A stretch of 12,136 nt of DNA from a virus: UHGV virus genome UHGV-1828797; one strand, 5' to 3'. The notes under the pieces were generated by a model. The model was not told the DNA's origin and searched no databases. It saw nothing but the letters and a program-made list of their open reading frames with translations. The position numbers were made by a program, and so were the translations under genes. Shown here one piece after another: positions 7,107 through 12,136 of this stretch. The number at the start of each line of letters is the position of its first letter. Positions within the stretch are counted from its first letter, which is position 1.

Positions 7107-8000
7107 ATGGACCAGATGGCAGAAAACACACCAGAAGTTGAAATCGAAACCGACGCGTCAGAGCAGATTCCTGATGATGTCGAACTGGCTGAAGAAGTCG
7201 AAACAGAAGATGGCAGTGAGTCCTCCGGCAATGATGCAGAGGAAGCTACTGAAACTGATGACGACGAATCAGAACAGGAATTCTACTTTGGTGACGAAAA
7301 GCTGGATTCGCCAACCAGCGAAGATGGCGCAGAGCATGGACTGGTAAAACACCTGCGCAAGACGATTAAAGAGAAAGACCGCGAGCTGAAAGAGCTGATG
7401 CGTCAGTCTCAGAAACCCGTCGAGCAGCAGCCGGTAATCACTCAACCACCGCGAATGCCAAAACTGGATGATGAGGACATCGGTTTCGATGAAGAAATCT
7501 ATCAGCAACGCATGGCTAAGTGGGCAGAGGATAACGGCAAGTACCAGCAACAGGAGATGGCTCGCAAGCAGAAGGAGCAGGAGCTTCAGGCTGCCTATCA
7601 AGAGCGATTATCCAAATATCAGCAACGTGTTAAGGCTCTCAAGGTTCCTGGCTATCAGGAAGCAGAACAGGCCGTACTCGAGGAAATCCCCATCGAGACA
7701 CAAAACGCGATCCTGTTTGAGTCAGAGAAGCCGGAAATCGTTGTTCTGGCACTCGGTCGCAACGCTGAACTGCGCAAGCAACTGGCAGAAGCTACCAACC
7801 CCGTAGCAATTGGTCGTCTGCTGGAACGTATCGAATCGAAGGCCAGAATCATGCCAAAAGCAAAAACCACGGCAGCCACAACCCCGACAGTTAAGGGGAG
7901 CAACGGCGCAGTAATCAATAACCTCGACAAACTGAAAGCCAAGGCGCTGGAAACTGGTGACTGGACGCCGTATTTCGCCGCTAAAAAGGCAAAAAAATAA
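7107..8000 (+). CDS. Scaffolding protein (putative)
   Basis: Sits between portal and coat, as P22 gene 8 does. 297 aa with an extremely acidic N-terminal ~70 residues, a central charged helical/coiled-coil-like region, and a basic C-terminus (..DKLKAKALETGDWTPYFAAKKAKK) of the kind that binds coat protein. Call is by position and composition, not strong sequence recognition. Confidence 0.65.
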   Translation: MDQMAENTPEVEIETDASEQIPDDVELAEEVETEDGSESSGNDAEEATETDDDESEQEFYFGDEKLDSPTSEDGAEHGLVKHLRKTIKEKDRELKELMRQSQKPVEQQPVITQPPRMPKLDDEDIGFDEEIYQQRMAKWAEDNGKYQQQEMARKQKEQELQAAYQERLSKYQQRVKALKVPGYQEAEQAVLEEIPIETQNAILFESEKPEIVVLALGRNAELRKQLAEATNPVAIGRLLERIESKARIMPKAKTTAATTPTVKGSNGAVINNLDKLKAKALETGDWTPYFAAKKAKK

Positions 8001-8018
8001 CCTATCGGAGCATTAAGC

Positions 8019-9272
8019 ATGGTTAACCAATTAGCAAAAGACCTTGAAATCATGTTCGAAAACTACGTTGAAGGCTTTGAGGCCGCCTGCGTAGTTTCCC
8101 GTAACGCTAAAAAATTCCGTCCCGGTGATACAGCAATGCAGCGAGCAGGTGATGTTCTGTATCGTCCGCAGCATTACCACATGAACATTGAGGAAGGCCT
8201 AGATCTCAGCGGCAAAACGCCAACAGCACTGGTTCAGCGCCTTGTTCCTTCTGTGTTCAAGGAGCCGAAAAACATTCTGTACACTCTGGATGCGCGTGAA
8301 ATGCGTGACCCGGAACATAAAACTGAAGCTGGTCGCGCCGCAGGTATGCGCCTTGCTGCACAGATTGACTCTGACCTGATTTCCATGGTCACGCAGCGTG
8401 CTACTAACGTGATCACAATGGCTGACTCAACCACTGGTTCACAGGGCCGTGATTTGTGGAACTGTGCGGCAGGTATTGATGCCACCATGACGGCGATTGG
8501 TGTACCACAGGGTATCAACCGCCGCTCTTTCTGGAATCCCTTCAACTATAAAGACCTTGCTGGCGAGCTTGGTCACCGTGCTTATGCTCAGGGCGCAACC
8601 CTGACAGCATACGAAAAAGCGCAGATCCCTCCGGTTGCGTCCTTCGATAGCTACAAGACCGATATTTCTGGTCGTGTTCCGAAGGGTACAGCAACTCCCA
8701 TTACGCTGGCAGCAGCACCTGCGCACAAGGTTGAAGCGAAAGATGCTAACGATATGCCAGTGGATAACCGACAGGGGACCATTACGGTATCTGCTGAAGG
8801 TTTGCAGGTTGGCGATGCGTTTACCATCGCAGGGGTGAATTCTGTACACCAGATCACCAAAGATACCACCGGGCAGCCGCAGGTATTCCGCGTTCTGGCA
8901 GTAAGCGGAACGACAGTAACTATCTCCCCGAAAATTCTGCCGCCTGACAACGCGGATGTCGCCAGCCGACCATATGCAAACGTTGATGCTAATGCGGCAA
9001 GTAGCGCAGCAATCACCATTCTCAACAAAAATGCCGCACCGGCTAACCTGTTCTGGGCTGATGGTTCTGTTGAACTGATGTACGGCAAGCTGGCGTTCCC
9101 AACTGGTCAGGGTCCACAGGTAATGACAGCAACCACCGAGCAGGGCGCTACGCTGATCATGTCTTACGCCTTCGACCACATCAAAGGTGTAACCACTGCG
9201 CGTTTCACCACCCTGTACGGTTGCTCTGTACTTGTTCCTGAATATACGGGCATCGTTATTGCCGGGCAGTAA
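8019..9272 (+). CDS. Major capsid (coat) protein
   Basis: 417 aa immediately after the scaffold gene, with GGAG Shine-Dalgarno. Short stretches resemble P22 coat from memory (AKKFRPGDTAMQRAG near the N-terminus, NLFWADGSVELM near the C-terminus). Followed by a strong terminator. Confidence 0.8.
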   Translation: MVNQLAKDLEIMFENYVEGFEAACVVSRNAKKFRPGDTAMQRAGDVLYRPQHYHMNIEEGLDLSGKTPTALVQRLVPSVFKEPKNILYTLDAREMRDPEHKTEAGRAAGMRLAAQIDSDLISMVTQRATNVITMADSTTGSQGRDLWNCAAGIDATMTAIGVPQGINRRSFWNPFNYKDLAGELGHRAYAQGATLTAYEKAQIPPVASFDSYKTDISGRVPKGTATPITLAAAPAHKVEAKDANDMPVDNRQGTITVSAEGLQVGDAFTIAGVNSVHQITKDTTGQPQVFRVLAVSGTTVTISPKILPPDNADVASRPYANVDANAASSAAITILNKNAAPANLFWADGSVELMYGKLAFPTGQGPQVMTATTEQGATLIMSYAFDHIKGVTTARFTTLYGCSVLVPEYTGIVIAGQ

Positions 9273-9278
9273 TTTTGG

Positions 9279-9302
9279 TGGGGCTTCGGCCCCATTTTTA
9301 TT
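9279..9302 (+). terminator. Putative rho-independent terminator or attenuator after the coat gene
   Basis: Perfect 6-bp stem TGGGGC / GCCCCA with a TTCG tetraloop (9279-9294), followed by TTTTTATT, 7 nt after the coat stop. Confidence 0.7.
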
Positions 9303-9313
9303 GGGAGAAGACA

Positions 9314-9490
9314 ATGGCACGAACAATGCTCTATAAGCCTGGCAACATGATCACCTGTGGTCAGTTTGCTGTCGATTACATCATTGTTGATGACGAAGAA
9401 GTTAAATCTCACCTGAAAAAAGGCTGGGTAAAAACTCCTGAAGAAACCGCAACGAAGCATAAAGTGGCTAAGGCGGAAGAAGATGGCTAA
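9314..9490 (+). CDS. Hypothetical small protein (58 aa) between coat and gp4-like gene
   Basis: ATG 9314 is preceded by GGGAGAAG Shine-Dalgarno. The stop TAA 9488-9490 overlaps the start of the next gene (ATGGCTAA). The ORF-track version begins at TTG 9275 inside the terminator hairpin, which is unlikely to be the real start. Confidence 0.5.
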   Translation: MARTMLYKPGNMITCGQFAVDYIIVDDEEVKSHLKKGWVKTPEETATKHKVAKAEEDG

Positions 9491-9944
9491 AACGAAGGGT
9501 GATCTCGTTCTTAAGGCTTTACGAAAAGCCGGGCTGTATTCCAATGCCACGTTGACAGATGCTGACCCTCAGGCAATTGAAGATGCCATTAATGACCTCG
9601 AAGACATGATGGCAGCATGGCAGGCGAAAGGTATCGAGCTTGGGTATCAGTTTGCTGATACAGAAAACGGCATCATGCCGTTACCTGACGATGATTCAGG
9701 TATCCCTGCATGGGCAAATGATGGCGTCGCTTTGAAACTCGCTGTGCAAGTGTGCATGGATAACGTCATTCAGCCGTCAGACGCTCTCCTTACCGCTGCT
9801 GACAGTGCATATCAGACAATCTGTATCGCTTTAACCAAAATACCACCACTTGAGCGGCGAAATGACATGCCTCGCGGTAGTGGTAACAAAAGCGCGTTTA
9901 CGTGGAATCGGTTTTACATCGAGAAAGATGATCCGAGTACGTGA
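9483..9944 (+). CDS. Head-to-tail adaptor / head completion protein (P22 gp4-like)
   Basis: 153 aa. The N-terminus KTKGDLVLKALRKAGLYSNATLTDADPQAIEDAINDLEDMMAAWQ closely parallels P22 gp4 as recalled (KTKGDLVRAALRKLGV..ATLTD..PQ...DA.DDLEAMMAEW). Gene order matches P22. Confidence 0.85.
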   Translation: MAKTKGDLVLKALRKAGLYSNATLTDADPQAIEDAINDLEDMMAAWQAKGIELGYQFADTENGIMPLPDDDSGIPAWANDGVALKLAVQVCMDNVIQPSDALLTAADSAYQTICIALTKIPPLERRNDMPRGSGNKSAFTWNRFYIEKDDPST

Positions 9945-9953
9945 GGTGAATAA

Positions 9954-11372
9954 ATGCCGATTCAGCAACTTCCGCTTATGAAAGGTGTCGGCAAAGACTT
10001 TCGAAACGCCGACTATATCGACTATCTGCCAGTGAATATGCTGGCTACACCCAAAGAAATCCTCAACAGCAGCGGATATCTTCGCTCATTCCCGGGCATT
10101 GCCAAACGTTCTGATGTGAATGGTGTATCGCGCGGTGTCGAGTACAACATGGCGCAGAGTGCTGTTTATCGCGTGTGTGGCGGCAAGCTGTACAAAGGAG
10201 AAAGTGAAGTCGGTGATGTTGCCGGAAGTGGTCGTGTATCAATGGCGCATGGTCGAACATCACAGGCGGTAGGCGTTAATGGTCAACTGGTCGAGTATCG
10301 CTATGATGGCACGGTTAAAACCGTCTCAAACTGGCCTACAGACAGCGGATTCACGCAGTATGAGTTAGGTTCTGTTCGCGACATTACGCGCTTACGTGGG
10401 CGTTATGCGTGGTCAAAAGACGGAACTGATTCATGGTTTATCACTGACCTTGAAGACGAATCGCACCCTGACCGATACAGCGCACAATATCGCGCAGAGT
10501 CGCAGCCTGACGGCATCATCGGCATAGGTACATGGCGAGACTTCATCGTCTGCTTTGGTTCATCGACGATTGAATATTTCTCCCTGACTGGCGCAACCAC
10601 CGTTGGTGCTGCTTTGTATGTCGCACAGCCATCACTGATGGTGCAAAAAGGCATCGCCGGGACTTACTGCAAAACGCCGTTTGCTGATTCGTATGCGTTC
10701 ATCAGCAATCCGGCAACAGGTGCGCCGTCTGTGTATATCATCGGCTCCGGTCAGGTGTCACCAATCGCCAGCGCGAGCATTGAGAAAATCCTCCGCTCCT
10801 ACACTGCTGATGAACTGGCTGATGGTGTGATGGAATCGCTGCGGTTTGATGCTCATGAGTTGCTGATTATCCACCTTCCGCGCCATGTTCTCGTGTACGA
10901 CGCATCTTCAAGCGCCAATGGTCCGCAATGGTGTGTACTGAAAACAGGCCTGTATGACGATGTGTACCGCGCTATCGACTTCATTTACGAAGGCAATCAG
11001 ATAACGTGCGGCGATAAGCTGGAGTCCGTGACCGGGAAATTGCAATTCGATATCAGCAGCCAGTACGACAAGCAACAGGAACACCTGCTGTTTACTCCGT
11101 TGTTCAAAGCGGATAACGCCAGATGCTTTGATCTGGAGGTGGAATCATCCACTGGCGTAGCTCAGTACGCCGACCGCCTGTTCCTCTCTGCAACCACTGA
11201 CGGCATAAATTACGGGCGTGAGCAGATGATTGAGCAGAATGAACCGTTCGTTTACGACAAGCGTGTTTTGTGGAAGAGAGTAGGGCGCATCAGGAAAAAT
11301 GTCGGCTTCAAATTGCGCGTTATCACGAAGTCACCTGTCACTCTGTCTGGCTGCCAGATAAGGATTGAGTAA
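9954..11372 (+). CDS. Tail accessory / packaged-DNA stabilisation protein (P22 gp10-like)
   Basis: 472 aa starting [49 protein letters not shown], near-identical in my recollection to P22 gp10 and of the same length. The stop overlaps the next start (TAATG). Confidence 0.88.
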   Translation: MPIQQLPLMKGVGKDFRNADYIDYLPVNMLATPKEILNSSGYLRSFPGIAKRSDVNGVSRGVEYNMAQSAVYRVCGGKLYKGESEVGDVAGSGRVSMAHGRTSQAVGVNGQLVEYRYDGTVKTVSNWPTDSGFTQYELGSVRDITRLRGRYAWSKDGTDSWFITDLEDESHPDRYSAQYRAESQPDGIIGIGTWRDFIVCFGSSTIEYFSLTGATTVGAALYVAQPSLMVQKGIAGTYCKTPFADSYAFISNPATGAPSVYIIGSGQVSPIASASIEKILRSYTADELADGVMESLRFDAHELLIIHLPRHVLVYDASSSANGPQWCVLKTGLYDDVYRAIDFIYEGNQITCGDKLESVTGKLQFDISSQYDKQQEHLLFTPLFKADNARCFDLEVESSTGVAQYADRLFLSATTDGINYGREQMIEQNEPFVYDKRVLWKRVGRIRKNVGFKLRVITKSPVTLSGCQIRIE

Positions 11373-12073
11373 TGGCTGATTCGAATCTCAATACACCTGT
11401 TATTGTTCAGGCGACGCGGCTCGATACATCAATCCTTCCACGCAATATATTCAGCCAGTCTTACCTGCTTTACGTTATCGCACAGGGTACTGATGTTGGT
11501 AACGTGGCGAACAAGGCCAACGAGGCCGGACAGGGCGCTTATGACGCACAAGTCAGGAACGATGAGCAGGATGTGATTCTGGTCGATCACGAAGAAAGAA
11601 TTCGTCAGCTCCGCATTGAAGTAGATGACCATGAAATCCGTATTGCTGCGAATACTGCGGCAATTGCAGCGCTGGATGTCAGACTAACCACGGCTGAAGG
11701 AGAAATAGTCACTTTACAGGCTGACGTCAGCGCTCTTGATGGCCGGGTTACGACTGCTGAGAGCAACATTTCTGCATTACAGGACGACTATGTATCGAAA
11801 ACAGCCACTGCAACACAATCGCTGGCATCTCCCCTCAATGTAACAACATCCTATTCGGTCGGCGGCACCAAGGTTATTGGTGCTCGTCAGACAGGGTGGA
11901 CAGCGGCTACAGGTACGGCTCTTCGCGGCTCATTCAACGCTAACCAGACATACACGGTAAGTGCCACATACACACGGTCTGAGGTGTCGGCTATGGCTAC
12001 AGGATTGCAGCAGGCGCGGCAGCGTATCAAAGCTATGGAAGATGCATTACGGACGCATGGGTTGATTGACTGA
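11372..12073 (+). CDS. Tail needle / cell-envelope-penetrating protein (P22 gp26-like)
   Basis: 233 aa. The N-terminus [43 protein letters not shown] and the central heptad-repeat coiled-coil region (..[62 protein letters not shown]..) match P22 gp26, a trimeric coiled-coil fibre. Confidence 0.9.
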   Translation: MADSNLNTPVIVQATRLDTSILPRNIFSQSYLLYVIAQGTDVGNVANKANEAGQGAYDAQVRNDEQDVILVDHEERIRQLRIEVDDHEIRIAANTAAIAALDVRLTTAEGEIVTLQADVSALDGRVTTAESNISALQDDYVSKTATATQSLASPLNVTTSYSVGGTKVIGARQTGWTAATGTALRGSFNANQTYTVSATYTRSEVSAMATGLQQARQRIKAMEDALRTHGLID

Positions 12074-12136
12074 TGATTACATTCAAACCAACGCGAAACA
12101 TCGACCTGATCGAAGCAGTCGGAAATCACCCTGACA
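12073..12136 (+). CDS. Ejection (internal) protein gp14-like, 3'-partial (N-terminal 21 codons only)
   Basis: ATG 12073 overlaps the gp26-like stop (TGATG). Translation [21 protein letters not shown] runs to the window end. Identity is inferred mainly from P22 gene order (26 then 14). Confidence 0.55.
   Translation, partial: MITFKPTRNIDLIEAVGNHPD

Noticed and set aside
8439-9326. 295-aa ORF on the minus strand
   Set aside because: Antisense to the coat gene; no motifs; shadow ORF.
1-12136. Search for tRNA genes, CRISPR repeats, integrase/attachment sites, transposase or inverted terminal repeats
   Set aside because: None evident on reading the sequence: coding density is high and continuous on the + strand, and no regularly spaced repeats or tRNA-like structures were noticed.

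Overview
This window reads as the late (lysis plus head-morphogenesis) region of a P22-like lambdoid phage or prophage of an enterobacterium, with every supported gene on the + strand. Calls rest on reading the translated ORFs against remembered protein families and P22 gene order; no database search was run. From 5' to 3' the window contains: (i) the 3' part of an AT-rich gene (1..438) followed by a terminator; (ii) a phage-21-type lysis cassette of pinholin, SAR endolysin, and Rz with Rz1 embedded (509..1819), followed by a terminator; (iii) a roughly 1 kb accessory ('moron') region with three small ORFs, one carrying an HExxH motif (1891..2758); (iv) small and large terminase, portal, scaffold, coat, a small ORF, and P22 gp4-, gp10-, gp26-like genes, ending in the first codons of a gp14-like gene. 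The most novel-looking candidates are a 33-codon hydrophobic ORF nested exactly between endolysin and Rz, the HExxH moron protein, and the AT-rich upstream gene with a MerR-like motif. No tRNA, CRISPR array, integrase or transposase was seen.
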